Below are positions 10,392 through 21,680 of a stretch of 64,000 nucleotides of DNA, in pieces. Each line of letters opens with the position of its first letter. Within the stretch, counting starts at the first letter, position 1. Source of the stretch: Candidatus Bathyarchaeota archaeon (GTDB taxonomy: Archaea; Thermoproteota; Bathyarchaeia; 40CM-2-53-6); contig CAVSBL010000002.1 in the NCBI GenBank assembly GCA_963726255.1, positions 608,001 to 672,000 on the forward strand, given 5' to 3'. Under the pieces are notes generated by a model. That model saw nothing but the letters and a program-made list of their open reading frames with translations. It did not search any database and was not told where the DNA came from. The position numbers and the translations under genes were made by a program.

Positions 10392-11348
10392 GTGATGCTA
10401 TTTGAGTCATTTGACGCCAAATCAGTGTTCATAACTGGAGGCACAGGGAGCTTCGGTCATCATATCGTAAGAGAGTTGCTCAAGACAAAAGTGGCGACAA
10501 TTACTATATTCAGCAGAGATGAGGAAAAACAATTGGAAATGAGCAGAGAATTTCCGGATGATCGCATCAAGTTTGTCATAGGTGATGTCAGAGACCGCGA
10601 AAGAGTGTTTGAGGTATTGAATGCAGATTACGTGTACCATGCAGCAGCGCTGAAGATCATTCCGACCTGCGAGGCAAATCCAACTGAGGCGTACAAGACC
10701 AACCTGGTAGGGACGCTGAACGTGCGTGATGCAGCCATCGCCAACAGGGTAAAAAGAGCGATTTTGATCAGCACCGATAAAGCAGTGAAGCCCGTTAATA
10801 CATATGGAATGTCAAAGGCGCTTGGTGAAAAACTCTGGTTGATACACGCTCCGCTGACAGTGTTGACAGTCGTACGGTATGGAAACGTACTCGGATCGAG
10901 AGGGTCGGTGGTCCCCTATTTCACGGAGTTGATCAAGCAAGGAAAGCCTATCCCGGTAACACATCCTTCCATGAGTAGGTTCTTTCTCACCTTACAGGAG
11001 GCCATAGAACTAGTATTCTATGCAACGACGACAGGTTCAGGTGGAGAGGTGTTCGTTAAGAGGAGTCCCGCCTGCAAGATCACCGACCTAGCGATAGCAA
11101 TGGTCGGTTCCGATTACCCGATTACCAACATTGGCATTCGACCTGGAGAGAAAATCGCTGAAGTTCTGATTTCAGAGGAAGAAATCAGAAGAACAGAGGA
11201 GCAGAACGAGTACTACGTTGTCCATCCCTATGATTCGTACCATTCTTCTATGAAAGAGGAATTTACGAGCGATATAGCAAGACAGCTCGACGTAAGTGAA
11301 ATCATTTCCTTGCTAAAGCAAGCTAACCTATTAACACCGCCTAGCTGA
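10392..11348 (+). CDS. UDP-GlcNAc 4,6-dehydratase/epimerase family (CapD/PseB/FnlA-like)
   Basis: TGGTGSFG, SRDEEKQ, HAAALK, STDKAVKPVNTYG, RYGNVLGSRGSV, GIRPGEK. Confidence 0.9.
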   Translation: MMLFESFDAKSVFITGGTGSFGHHIVRELLKTKVATITIFSRDEEKQLEMSREFPDDRIKFVIGDVRDRERVFEVLNADYVYHAAALKIIPTCEANPTEAYKTNLVGTLNVRDAAIANRVKRAILISTDKAVKPVNTYGMSKALGEKLWLIHAPLTVLTVVRYGNVLGSRGSVVPYFTELIKQGKPIPVTHPSMSRFFLTLQEAIELVFYATTTGSGGEVFVKRSPACKITDLAIAMVGSDYPITNIGIRPGEKIAEVLISEEEIRRTEEQNEYYVVHPYDSYHSSMKEEFTSDIARQLDVSEIISLLKQANLLTPPS

Positions 11349-11470
11349 CTTCAGAATCATATATTATCAACCAATAGCAGCGCAGATAACAGATCGTATG
11401 CGAAATTCTCGGTACTCCATTCTCAAATGAACGCACCACAGATTGGACGCATAGCCAAACATACATACAG

Positions 11471-12220
11471 ATGTCCGTCATGACTGTTCTGATAACAGGA
11501 GGTAACGGCAACCTCGGCCGAGAGCTAATGAAGATCTACCCTACAAGTCTCCATCCTCTTCACAAGCAACTCGACATAACGAGTGAAAAATCGGTATTAG
11601 AATATACGAGCAAGCTGGCTGTAGATAGAGTGATCCACTGCGCAGCGCTTACCAGTATTAGACAATGCGAAGAGAACAGAGAGTGCGCGTATCGAACTAA
11701 CGTTGAAGGAACAAGAAATCTGATTAAAGGGGTTTCCAGATTTAATCCGGACTGCCTATTCGTGTACGTTTCCACTGCTTCAGTATTCTACGGAGATAAA
11801 GAACTCTACACTGAGTTAGATATTCCATACCCCAGAAATTTCTATAACTTGACTAAGCTCTTAGGAGAAATGGCCGTCTCTGAATCGGGTATAGCCAATT
11901 ATCTAGTAATCAGATCGAATTTTGCATCACGTAAGGAATGGCCTTATCCCAAGGCATTCACTGATAGATTTGGAACCTATCTATTTGCAGATGATTTAGC
12001 TCTGGCCATAAGAAAGGTTATCGATGAAGACCTTCGCGGCATCGTTCACGTCTGCGGGAAAGAGAAACTTTCGATGTTCGAATTCGCCAAAATCACCACG
12101 CCTGAGGTGTTGCCCATGACCATGAAGGAATATGTCGGACCTCCGTTACCTATAGACATGAGCCTGAGATCGGTAAGAATCCCGAGTTTCCCACTAACCA
12201 GAAAAATATCGAGGTCATGA
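11471..12220 (+). CDS. RmlD-like NDP-sugar reductase (SDR)
   Basis: ITGGNGNLG, IHCAA, YNLTK (YxxxK). Confidence 0.85.
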   Translation: MSVMTVLITGGNGNLGRELMKIYPTSLHPLHKQLDITSEKSVLEYTSKLAVDRVIHCAALTSIRQCEENRECAYRTNVEGTRNLIKGVSRFNPDCLFVYVSTASVFYGDKELYTELDIPYPRNFYNLTKLLGEMAVSESGIANYLVIRSNFASRKEWPYPKAFTDRFGTYLFADDLALAIRKVIDEDLRGIVHVCGKEKLSMFEFAKITTPEVLPMTMKEYVGPPLPIDMSLRSVRIPSFPLTRKISRS

Positions 12221-12503
12221 AAAAGTGGAAAAACGAAAGTTCGTTTTCACGAATTCATTCAATCCCCCATATCCCTTAGCAGGCGACGCCAATCATGTTC
12301 GATCGGATCTTGCTGAAGAAAAGATTATGTGATTATGATTGGTGGCAACGGCTCTAATCAAATATGTGAGCTTTTTTAGCCGATTCTTACGCTTAAGGTT
12401 CAGGATGCAGACATGGTCTAAGCAAGTCGGATGCTTCAGGCAAATGGCGAATAGAACAATGTGCATTGCGCGAAGCAATCGCGAAGACAGCCTAGAGATG
12501 TGA

Positions 12504-12740
<237 letters not shown>

Positions 12741-12891
12741 ATTGGGGGGGCGTGGTCTCGGAAATGGAAATTGGAGGCACTTGGACTTGGCAGAAAGCAC
12801 TTTTTCGATGTGCTCTGTGTGGGATAATCTTCAAACTCCATCTTGAACAATTCATCGCGCAATCACTCTATTACATAGCGATGCTCTAATC

Positions 12892-13107
12892 ATGCGAGAC
12901 ATGTCTATCCGACATGGATGGGGAAGATTTGATTGCGATGAGCATCTCGCGGGAAACTACTTGCGCTTCGATCAAGCCTTTGACTACATTCGATCATTAC
13001 CAGAGGTTTCAGGTGTGGCAGTCGGTGTTTCTTCCATAGCTCACGCCACGGGCATATTCACGAAACTCAATGTACTCTTAGTTGAACAACATGCAGAGGC
13101 CGGATAA
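12892..13107 (+). pseudogene. C-terminal remnant paralogous to 8602..9498
   Basis: AGNYLRFDQAFDYIRSLPEVSGVAVGVSS aligns with AGGYLKFDEAFDYIRTLPNLSGIAVGVSS. Confidence 0.75.
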
Positions 13108-14288
13108 TGGACGCGCTCTTAGTATTGATGCTTCTCCTCGTAGGCTTCCCCTTCGTGATCTTCGGTTTCTACGCAATGGTCCTGCTGTATTATGGCAAGA
13201 TTAACCCTGGAAAGAGGGCCAAAGACCATCATGCTAACCCGGTTCATTATACGACTTATGAGCCGACGGTGTCTGTCGTGATTCCAACTCATAATGAACA
13301 AGATGTCATTGCGAAACGCATCGACAACCTCCTTGCGTCCAACTACCCCAAGAGTAAGTTGGGGATTATTCTAGTGGATGACTCCACCGACTCCACGCCC
13401 AAGATTATAGAAGAATACACAAAGAAGTATCCTCAGATTGACTTAGTTCGATTCAATGAGCGCATGGGTTACAGTCCATGCCTTATTGCTGGCTGTAAAG
13501 CAGCGCGTGGAGAGATCGTGGTCTTGGCAGAAGCCAGTTCCCTCATGGATGCAGACGCGATAAGGTACTTGGTCAGCAATTTCGTGGACCCCAGCATTGG
13601 AGTAGTAACCGGGAAAGACATCATCCTCAACGCAAACGAGAAAGCAGGACGATCAGAAGGCTTCTACCTGAAACTGCTTGACTTCGTAAGAAAGGCAGAA
13701 AGTAATATGGATTCGACAATCTATATGAAAGGTGAGGCTGCGGCCGTTAAGCGAGATGTACTCCGCGATCTGAAAGAACTCGAAACATGTCCAGGAACTG
13801 CTGACACTGGAATAGCTATACTAGCAAGAAAAAGGGGATTCAGAGCGATCTACGATCCGCGCGTTCAATTCTTCGAGTACGCTCCATCCACTCACCGTGA
13901 ACGAATTCGCCAAAAAGTCACTCGGGGAGCGAACCTTATGAAAGTATTGTGGGAGTTCAGAAGCATGTTTCTCAACCCTACCTACGGGAAATTTGGCACT
14001 ATCACGTTGCCAATAAGCTTCATGATGCTTGCCATTGTTCCTCTCATGTTGCTTGCAGGAGTCACTGTGCTCGCTCTATTAACAGTCGCTAGCCCTGCCG
14101 TCTACCTTCCCATATGGACTCTTGGAATCTTCCTACTGGTGCCTGCTTTGATATTTTGGAGACCCGCCGTCTACGCAATCTTAGAATCCGAATATAGCCT
14201 TCTCAAAGGCCTGTATGACATCCTCATTTTAGGGAAGAGCCATGATAAGATAGACAAAGTCATGTCGACGCGGAGATTAGGTTCGTAG
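13107..14288 (+). CDS. Membrane GT2 glycosyltransferase (CesA/IcaA-like)
   Basis: VSVVIPTHNE, LVDDSTD, RQKVTR (QxxRW-like), flanking TM helices. Confidence 0.85.
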   Translation: MDALLVLMLLLVGFPFVIFGFYAMVLLYYGKINPGKRAKDHHANPVHYTTYEPTVSVVIPTHNEQDVIAKRIDNLLASNYPKSKLGIILVDDSTDSTPKIIEEYTKKYPQIDLVRFNERMGYSPCLIAGCKAARGEIVVLAEASSLMDADAIRYLVSNFVDPSIGVVTGKDIILNANEKAGRSEGFYLKLLDFVRKAESNMDSTIYMKGEAAAVKRDVLRDLKELETCPGTADTGIAILARKRGFRAIYDPRVQFFEYAPSTHRERIRQKVTRGANLMKVLWEFRSMFLNPTYGKFGTITLPISFMMLAIVPLMLLAGVTVLALLTVASPAVYLPIWTLGIFLLVPALIFWRPAVYAILESEYSLLKGLYDILILGKSHDKIDKVMSTRRLGS

Positions 14289-14289
14289 A

Positions 14290-14454
14290 ATGTGGAAAAG
14301 CAGGCCTGTACTGGTCACAGGGAGAGCGTTCTTCATCGGCTGTCATTTACTCGATTCTCTAATTAGGAAAGGGGCGACTGCAAGGATACCCACGCCCATT
14401 GTTCGCAGTTCCAAAACTCGACTTGGGCTGGAAAGGCAACAACGCAAGTGTTAA
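14290..14454 (+). pseudogene. Internally deleted NAD-dependent epimerase remnant
   Basis: MWKSRPVLVTGRAFFIGCHLLDSL (N-terminus) joined to KLDLGWK (C-terminus, other frame). Confidence 0.55.
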
Positions 14455-14497
14455 TTGTCGCACGAAGGCATAAGAAAAATCCGGCTGAGTGTTCTGA

Positions 14498-15454
14498 ATG
14501 AAAATATTCGTTACTGGAGTCACGGGTTTTCTGGCCTACGCCTTGGCATCTGATCTCGCATTAGCTGGACACGACGTGGCCGGTTTGCTGAGAAGGGACT
14601 CGAAGCGCGAGACACAGATATTGGACGAACTGCCGATCTCGTTTTATTTCGGAGACATAAACGATCGGTCCGCCATAGGTTCTGCGCTTGGATCGTTCCG
14701 TCCCGACGTAATTTGTCATCTTGCAGCAAAGACGCGAGTTGCAGAGAGCTTTCATCGCCCATTGGAATATCTCCACGTTAACTTCGACGGAACAGTAAAC
14801 ATTGCAGAGATCGCCAGACAACAATGCCCGGAGTTGAAGAAGTTCATTTTTGCGGGCAGCGTTGAAGAGTATGGCAACCAGCCTGAAAGCAAGTATCCAC
14901 TAGGCGAGGAGTGCGAACTCATGCCAGACGCGCCATATGCCGTGGCCAAAGTCGGGGCTGAGAAGTACTTGGGCTTTCTTTCGAGATCGTACTCTTTCCC
15001 TGCAGTTCTTTTCCGTCAGACCAACTGCTACGGCCGGACCCGAGACACCTTCTTCGTGACCGAGGCTATTGCATCTCAGATGCTAAATTCGGACTCGATC
15101 AAGCTTGGTGATCCCACACCTGTTCGTGATTTTCTGCATGTAAATGATCTTATCGAAGCATACTCGAAGGTCATTGAAAGGGCGGAAGATCCGGCACTCA
15201 ATGGGCAAGTCTTCAACATATCGACTGGTATCGCCACGTCGATTTCTGAACTCGCAGAGCTTTTGGCATCGAAAATCGGCTGGCACGGAAAGATAGTCTG
15301 GAATACAAAAGTTATCCGCCCGGGTGAGGTCAAAAAGATTGTGTGCGACAGCTCGAAGTTCAGGCGTACACTGGGTTGGAAGCCGAAACACGATCTCTCA
15401 TCAGGGCTCGACCTAGTGATCGCGGGCCTGAGAAAAAAGCCTCCAAAAGCATGA
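14498..15454 (+). CDS. NAD-dependent NDP-sugar dehydratase/epimerase (GDP-mannose dehydratase-like)
   Basis: FVTGVTGF, HLAA, YAVAK, RDFLHVND, RPGEV. Confidence 0.9.
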   Translation: MKIFVTGVTGFLAYALASDLALAGHDVAGLLRRDSKRETQILDELPISFYFGDINDRSAIGSALGSFRPDVICHLAAKTRVAESFHRPLEYLHVNFDGTVNIAEIARQQCPELKKFIFAGSVEEYGNQPESKYPLGEECELMPDAPYAVAKVGAEKYLGFLSRSYSFPAVLFRQTNCYGRTRDTFFVTEAIASQMLNSDSIKLGDPTPVRDFLHVNDLIEAYSKVIERAEDPALNGQVFNISTGIATSISELAELLASKIGWHGKIVWNTKVIRPGEVKKIVCDSSKFRRTLGWKPKHDLSSGLDLVIAGLRKKPPKA

Positions 15455-15536
15455 AATATCGGAACGAGCCAGGAGCCGGTTTCGGGAAATGTGTACTCGT
15501 CAGCGACATCTCAGAGAAGCTCAAGACAACCGGAGA

Positions 15537-15614
15537 CGCTTTGACACAACCAAGCCTGGGGGGCAGCCGCTAAAGTTCGCAAACATCTCAAAGGCTAAAG
15601 AAAAAATCGGTTAG
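15537..15614 (+). pseudogene. Epimerase/GDP-fucose synthase C-terminal remnant
   Basis: Translates as FDTTKPGGQPLKFANISKAKEKIG. Confidence 0.5.
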
Positions 15615-16072
15615 AGAAGGCAGTATCGCACTAGGCCTTCTAGGTCTGATAGGTGTTCTCATGTTTCACGCGAAGACCAGGCACATGCTCTTCTCGTTCG
15701 GCCTCTCCCAAATTGTGCTGGTGATCGCATCTGTTCGTTTGCTCGTCGCGAAGTATACCTTCATCAATACAGCGGCATCGACACGCAGACAGTTCTGATC
15801 GGGGGTCTGCAATGCAATAGCCATATTGCTATGGCGATCTACCCAGATCGAGATGAAGGTTCAGCAAACGCATGAGACCGCTCCTGTTTTGTGATTTCGA
15901 TCCTGCTTTTATTAGCGCATCCTTTAAACTTCTGGACAATATAGAAGAACGTGTCTTGATACCAAAGCAGAACTACAGACTCGGGAAATTTCCTTGAGCT
16001 GGCAACGAGATTTCACTCGGTCAGGTAGACGTTTCGCCGAAGGAAATTCTCTGAGCTACACTTATCCATCCG

Positions 16073-17248
16073 ATGACAGCCAAAAGAGTGTCGTCGCGAA
16101 GCGGAATGGAAATGAGAACTAACCGAAACCGTTCGGTGAAATTCCTAGTCGTCTGCGATTATCCACCCTCGTTGCTGGACCAACTGTTTCAGACGCTAGA
16201 ACAGAGCAGACTGGGTGAATACATCTTACTGAGAAAGTTGGTGAAGAGCAGAGTGCATTATCCTTTCACCGAGGTAGTCAACTTACCGCTGATCATGGCT
16301 TCGACATTAAATGAGGGAGACCCTCTCAAGCTCAGTACATGTTTATGGATTATCGCCTACTTAGTAACGGGGATAATTCTTGGAGTAATCTTGGTGCTGA
16401 GGCGTAGAGTGGATGGCATTCTGGGTGTGTTCGCAATTCCTCAGGGTTTAGTTGCTGCAATAGTGGCATGTCTGACTGGTCGCAAATTTGTCATTCTGAC
16501 AGATGGTGCAGATGTAGATGTGATTATGCATAACCCCGTTGTCAGATGTCTCGCTTTATGGCAGCTAGAAAACGCATTCGCAGTTACCGCTGAGAACAAT
16601 CTAAAGTCAGCTCAGCTGCACTCCATGGGAGTGAAGCGCCGCATAATCCGTGTAAGGCCCTACAGCGTCGATACATCACGTTTCGCTCCGGTCGCGCGAA
16701 AGGAAAAGCGAACGATTCTGTTTGTTGGACGGTTGGTACCTGAAAAATGTCCTCTAGTTTTGATTGAAACGCTCAGAATACTTTGTGAGCGAGGCATATC
16801 TGTGAAGCTTGTCATGGTCGGTGACGGACCGCTAAGGACACAGATTGAGATGACAGCGGCTTCTTTAGGGCTAAATGAACTGCTTACTCTGAAGGGTTAC
16901 GTACCTAATACTGAGGTACAAAAATTATACAAGGAAAGTGCGATCTTTGTCCTCCCGTCGCGGCGTGAAGGCATCTCATCTTCACTCTTAGAGGCAATGG
17001 CGAGTGGATGCGTCTGCATAGCATCTGATGTTGGAGGTAACTTGGAATTGATTCGCCCTATGTTCAACGGGTTGATTTTTCATTTAGGTGATGCGAAGGA
17101 CTTGGCCGACCGAATCTGCACTGCTCTCACTCTTCCCGACTCTGAAGTGGCTAAACTTACGTCCAACGCCAGACAGACTGTAGAGAGAACCTATTCAGTG
17201 CAGGTTGTGAGCAAAGTGTTGCGAGAAATACTATCTCAGTTAGCATAG
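16073..17248 (+). CDS. GT4 glycosyltransferase
   Basis: FVGRLVPEK, VGDGP, PSRREG...LEAMASG, SDVGG. Confidence 0.9.
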   Translation: MTAKRVSSRSGMEMRTNRNRSVKFLVVCDYPPSLLDQLFQTLEQSRLGEYILLRKLVKSRVHYPFTEVVNLPLIMASTLNEGDPLKLSTCLWIIAYLVTGIILGVILVLRRRVDGILGVFAIPQGLVAAIVACLTGRKFVILTDGADVDVIMHNPVVRCLALWQLENAFAVTAENNLKSAQLHSMGVKRRIIRVRPYSVDTSRFAPVARKEKRTILFVGRLVPEKCPLVLIETLRILCERGISVKLVMVGDGPLRTQIEMTAASLGLNELLTLKGYVPNTEVQKLYKESAIFVLPSRREGISSSLLEAMASGCVCIASDVGGNLELIRPMFNGLIFHLGDAKDLADRICTALTLPDSEVAKLTSNARQTVERTYSVQVVSKVLREILSQLA

Positions 17249-17338
17249 ACCTCTGAACCGCTTATAAGACAGGATTATCCTCTCGATATTGACTGACGAT
17301 CGGAACTGATATACAGACATGTTTTTCGCCAACCGAAC

Positions 17339-19210
17339 ATGACGCTGGATCGAATGCTCTTGTTTCTAGACCTACTGAAGGCAATAGCTTGGTCGCTTGG
17401 GACAGCACTTATTGTCCTAAACTATTATGGCGTCACAATTCTTGGAGGACCGTTATCGTTTCTGGCGTTTGGTTTGATTGCAGGGCCGGTGGTCCTCTCG
17501 ATAACCCAAGGGTTGGTCCGAGTAGAGAAAACGGGCAGAGCGTTCTATTGGATAGTCTTGATGAGCATTTCTCTCAGATTGATCGTCCCATTAAGCGAGG
17601 GACGCAATGCCTTCATGATTGGAGAAGATCCTATGTTTAACTTCCAAGTGGCGGGTATAATTGCGGAACGCGGACGTATAATTCTCGAACTGGCAACCGG
17701 TCGAGCCATTCAATACATCTTATTCCCCGGTTTACAAATCTTAACCGTGCAGATATCGACAGTGGGCAGTTTTTCACTTTATGACGTCGCACGTTTTCTT
17801 CCAGTAATCCTAACCATTGTGACTATCATGATGGTATTCAAAACCTATTCAAGGATGATGACTCCTCAAATGGCCCTTGCTGCGTGTTTCCTGTTTTCTG
17901 TTTGCTACAAATATAATTGGTTCGATGGATACTACCTTCCAGAGTCGCTTGGACTCATCTTCTTCGTCATGGCATTTTACGCCATGATGCAGAGGGCAAG
18001 AGGAACGGGAATATCAGTTTTCGTGATTTCTGTCTTGAGCATTTTGGTGATTATGGTGACACACTTCTTTTCGTCTCTCATGCTAAGCACTGCCTTAGGG
18101 CTCTGTTACGTTTTCTTTCGTCTGATGAAGCGCAATAATTGGGGCTGTCTCAGAATAGGATTGACTGACATTTTTGTTGCTCTAGTGCCCTTAACTGCCT
18201 GGCTGACCATCGGCGCGGCAGGGTACATGAACCAACTCACTTCGTACATCGCCTTCTACCAACAAACTCTGCTAGAATTCCTTTCGAACCCGTTTCATCA
18301 GCGGGGCTTTGTGTCAACGCAAGGTATCGAGGCGACAGGGATACATTTGACAGGCCTAACGGCGTCCATAGTGATTCTTGGAGTCCTATTTAGTGTAGGA
18401 GTAGGGCTCATAGGAATGGCACGGGCGATTCAGGATCTTAGAGGAACGGCAAGTCCCCACCTAAAAACAACCAGGGCACGTGTGATAATTTTCTGTGCAA
18501 TTGCCTTTGCATTTGGTGTGTTCACTGTCATGGGCGTTCTGACCCAAGCTAATTCTGTCGAATTGGCGGACATCGTGCCCCGCCTAATCCCTTTTATTTA
18601 TTTCTTCTTGTCTCCGGCATTTAGTGTCGGCATTCTTTTTGTTGGAAAGAAAATGCGCGGATTACGATTTGGAGTGGGCCACACCTTACTTCAGCGGAGA
18701 ACCGCCATGGCGTATCTGTGCGTTGGGATAGTATTGATCATGGCTGCCGCTTCTTGCTGGCTACTAATGCCATCTACAATCCAAGGTCGAGCCACATTAG
18801 ATGATGGCGAAGTAACGTCGCTGTCGTTTTGGCTGCGAACGAACGGAGACAAGAAAATAATCATGATAGGCGACGTAGTTATGCCACTATCAGTCGGAGC
18901 TCTTGCTAGGCAACCAATTTATGAGCAACCATTTAACGAATTCATGATGAACGACCCACTTTACTACGGGAGCAACATGTCGTTAAAGCTGTTACCTCAT
19001 TTGAGCCGTTCGAGCCCGCCCGTATACCTTCTGATCAATGAAGCTTACCTCCGCCATAAGTACTACCTAGTAACGCATATCTATGAGAGCAAACCGCCCC
19101 CCTCTGAGAAAGACATGGCAGCATCCCTCACTGAGTTCAATGCGTTCCCCATGTTAGATAGAGTATATTCCAGTTCGTCGCTGACTCTGTACGTTTCTGC
19201 TCACTCATGA
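17339..19210 (+). CDS. Polytopic membrane protein (GT-C or polymerase-like)
   Basis: 623 aa, more than 12 TM helices, GEDP loop, THFFS motif, within the glycosylation cluster. Confidence 0.7.
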   Translation: MTLDRMLLFLDLLKAIAWSLGTALIVLNYYGVTILGGPLSFLAFGLIAGPVVLSITQGLVRVEKTGRAFYWIVLMSISLRLIVPLSEGRNAFMIGEDPMFNFQVAGIIAERGRIILELATGRAIQYILFPGLQILTVQISTVGSFSLYDVARFLPVILTIVTIMMVFKTYSRMMTPQMALAACFLFSVCYKYNWFDGYYLPESLGLIFFVMAFYAMMQRARGTGISVFVISVLSILVIMVTHFFSSLMLSTALGLCYVFFRLMKRNNWGCLRIGLTDIFVALVPLTAWLTIGAAGYMNQLTSYIAFYQQTLLEFLSNPFHQRGFVSTQGIEATGIHLTGLTASIVILGVLFSVGVGLIGMARAIQDLRGTASPHLKTTRARVIIFCAIAFAFGVFTVMGVLTQANSVELADIVPRLIPFIYFFLSPAFSVGILFVGKKMRGLRFGVGHTLLQRRTAMAYLCVGIVLIMAAASCWLLMPSTIQGRATLDDGEVTSLSFWLRTNGDKKIIMIGDVVMPLSVGALARQPIYEQPFNEFMMNDPLYYGSNMSLKLLPHLSRSSPPVYLLINEAYLRHKYYLVTHIYESKPPPSEKDMAASLTEFNAFPMLDRVYSSSSLTLYVSAHS

Positions 19211-19334
19211 GACGTGAATATGGTCACAAGTAGTGATTCTTGATAGGTCTAAGTAATCTAATAGAGAATGTTTGGCTACGAACAAGCTATCTTAATTCTT
19301 ATGATAAAGTAATTCCAAGACCCATCACATAGTA

Positions 19335-20129
19335 TTGGACTCGATTTGCTTGACGATGCTGATCACAGGAGGCACAGGCAACCTTGGACGCGAACTGATC
19401 AAGGTTTTCCCGACCAGTCTGCACCCGACGCACAACGAACTCGACATCACCGATGAGAAGCATGTGCTAGAGTACATTCGTAAGGTTCGTCCAGACGCGC
19501 TAATTCACTCAGCTGCCCTAACGGGTATCAGACAATGTGACAACGACAGAAAGAAAGCCTATCTAACGAATGTTCAAGGAACTAGAAATCTGGTGAAAGC
19601 GACTGTCGAGTACAGCCCTACTTGTCTATTTGTGTATATGTCTACTGCCTCCATGTTTTCTGGCGACCAAGGAGGCTACACTGAGGGGGATGTCCCGAAT
19701 CCGAAGAATTTCTACAGCGTAACGAAACTTCTAGGCGAATATGTAGTCAGCGAGTCCCCTCTAGCCAAGCACCTTGTACTAAGAGTTAATTTTGCTCCCC
19801 GTCAGAAGTATCCGTATCCCAATGCATTCATTGATAGGTATGCCGCGTACCTGTTTTCAGATGACCTCGCAGCCGCAATCAAACGTGTTATTGATGATGG
19901 AATTCGAGGCACTGTACACATATGTGGCGAAGAGAGACTCTCTATGTTCGATTTCGCGAAGATAACTAACCCGGACACATTTGGAGTCACGTTCTCGCAC
20001 ACTGTCGAGAATTCCATACAAGATATTTCCGACCTCCCAAAATTGCTCGATTGGAGGAATCCCCGGTACAGCAATGAAAAGTGGTTGAGGCCGCGCCTCA
20101 CCACCATAGTGAAGTCAGTCCACGCATAA
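19335..20129 (+). CDS. Second RmlD-like reductase, with a chimeric C-terminus
   Basis: Close paralog of 11471..12220 up to ITNPD, then unrelated sequence (FGVTFSHTVE). Confidence 0.7.
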   Translation: MDSICLTMLITGGTGNLGRELIKVFPTSLHPTHNELDITDEKHVLEYIRKVRPDALIHSAALTGIRQCDNDRKKAYLTNVQGTRNLVKATVEYSPTCLFVYMSTASMFSGDQGGYTEGDVPNPKNFYSVTKLLGEYVVSESPLAKHLVLRVNFAPRQKYPYPNAFIDRYAAYLFSDDLAAAIKRVIDDGIRGTVHICGEERLSMFDFAKITNPDTFGVTFSHTVENSIQDISDLPKLLDWRNPRYSNEKWLRPRLTTIVKSVHA

Positions 20130-20358
20130 CCATGGTGTTTATGTGACACACATCTATACCACGGAGGGTATTCAGCAGCTCATTCTCTACTCGTTCTGAA
20201 GCAAACATGTTTGACTACAAGGTTATTCAGCAGATAGACGACTCGAAAGTGTTTTCCAGCAACAGTTCGCACAGAGATGCTCCATGATCCTTGACTCATC
20301 TGATGGCTCGTGAAATGTAGGTCGATAGTGAGACTTGTCAGGTCTCTGCCGTATAATT

Positions 20359-21003
20359 TTATGGTGGGGAAAGTGGGAGTGTCGGGTTTGTCATGTTGAA
20401 CCAGACCTGCAACCATGCAACTTGATGTTCGCTATTGGTGTTCCAGCCGAATTCGAATCCGTACCCGTCGGTTTGCCATGTCCAAAGTTCAAAAATAAGT
20501 CGGAAATTGTACCCGTTACTTGCCGACCAGTCCGAGACCTGATAGGTTTCATTGTTTATCTGCACCGTGAGAACACGGGTAGATCCGTCTATTGATGTTG
20601 CATTCGATATATTCCAAACGAATGCGAATTCCCAAGTCTCATTGTCCTGTAGAAATCTCGCGAAATCAGTGACAGCTGGAGCAGGTGACTCTAACGCTTG
20701 CTGGTCATTAGGAGGTTTGATTGTGGAGTTGCTAACCTTGACGCGGATCGAGACAAGTTGCACGGTACCCATGTTATTGCCGACTCCAAGATACCATTTC
20801 AGGGGTTCTCCAACTCGAATATCTGTATCGTTAGCTGGGTAGTAATTTGCAGCCAGGTGATTGCCGCCAAGCAGATAGAGCTGGAAGAACTGTTCGCTTG
20901 CCCTCGGCATACTGGCCGCATAAACTATCAGTTCGCAGACGATAAGCAGAGTAATGAAAACTGCGATGGCCGTTCTCGTATTTTGAGAAAAACCGAACCT
21001 CAT
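20359..21003 (-). CDS. DUF1616 C-terminal-domain-like membrane-anchored protein
   Basis: TM helix then EQFFQLYLLG...AANYYP...LGVGNNMG. Confidence 0.7.
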   Translation of the reverse strand: MRFGFSQNTRTAIAVFITLLIVCELIVYAASMPRASEQFFQLYLLGGNHLAANYYPANDTDIRVGEPLKWYLGVGNNMGTVQLVSIRVKVSNSTIKPPNDQQALESPAPAVTDFARFLQDNETWEFAFVWNISNATSIDGSTRVLTVQINNETYQVSDWSASNGYNFRLIFELWTWQTDGYGFEFGWNTNSEHQVAWLQVWFNMTNPTLPLSPP

Positions 21004-21476
21004 TTGCGGGTGACCCTCATTTGAAAGGTGCGTCGAATTCGATACTCCCGATAGATACGAACCGTAAATACGTAGAGTAGGGTTCCCAACATGGCGGCGA
21101 TCGCTCCCTCTACATATGCTAGGATTAGGTTGTTATACGACCTTTGAGAGGAGACGATCGTTAATTCCGCTGCCTGGGATTCAACCATCGCGAGTGTTTG
21201 ATCGACCTGAGAAGATAGCGCTGTTCTTTTTTGTGATTCGTCTGTCGTATTTAATTTGAGGGCTTCTCGGTTGAGATCGAGTGCCTTGTTAAGAAGCACT
21301 ATCAATCCGGCAACTTCGCTTGGTGTGGCGCCAGCTGACTGCGCATTTCGCACTGCTATGATTGCCTGGCTGAAGGCGGGCTCTAAGGGTCCGTTTGTCT
21401 GAGGCGTGACCAATGGTTGAAATGCAATGACAACCACAACTGCTAACATCAAAGGTGCTAGTAAGCTACGTGCCAT
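21000..21476 (-). CDS. Hypothetical helical membrane protein
   Basis: Signal peptide, helical core, C-terminal TM; 4-nt overlap with the next gene. Confidence 0.7.
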   Translation of the reverse strand: MARSLLAPLMLAVVVVIAFQPLVTPQTNGPLEPAFSQAIIAVRNAQSAGATPSEVAGLIVLLNKALDLNREALKLNTTDESQKRTALSSQVDQTLAMVESQAAELTIVSSQRSYNNLILAYVEGAIAAMLGTLLYVFTVRIYREYRIRRTFQMRVTRK

Positions 21477-21680
21477 CTTGAAACCGTTTTAGTGGGACGC
21501 TTACATAAGATATAGCCATAGCGGATGCGGGCGTGCTAGTTGATTGAACATAAGAAACCTTGGTCGCCAATTTTCGACATGCCTGTAGTACCCCGATTCG
21601 GGACGCTGCATGGCGTACGTGGGGGTAGTGAAGAAATATTACGTTCCAGATGACTTCTTACACTTGCGGCGATTCCGAGC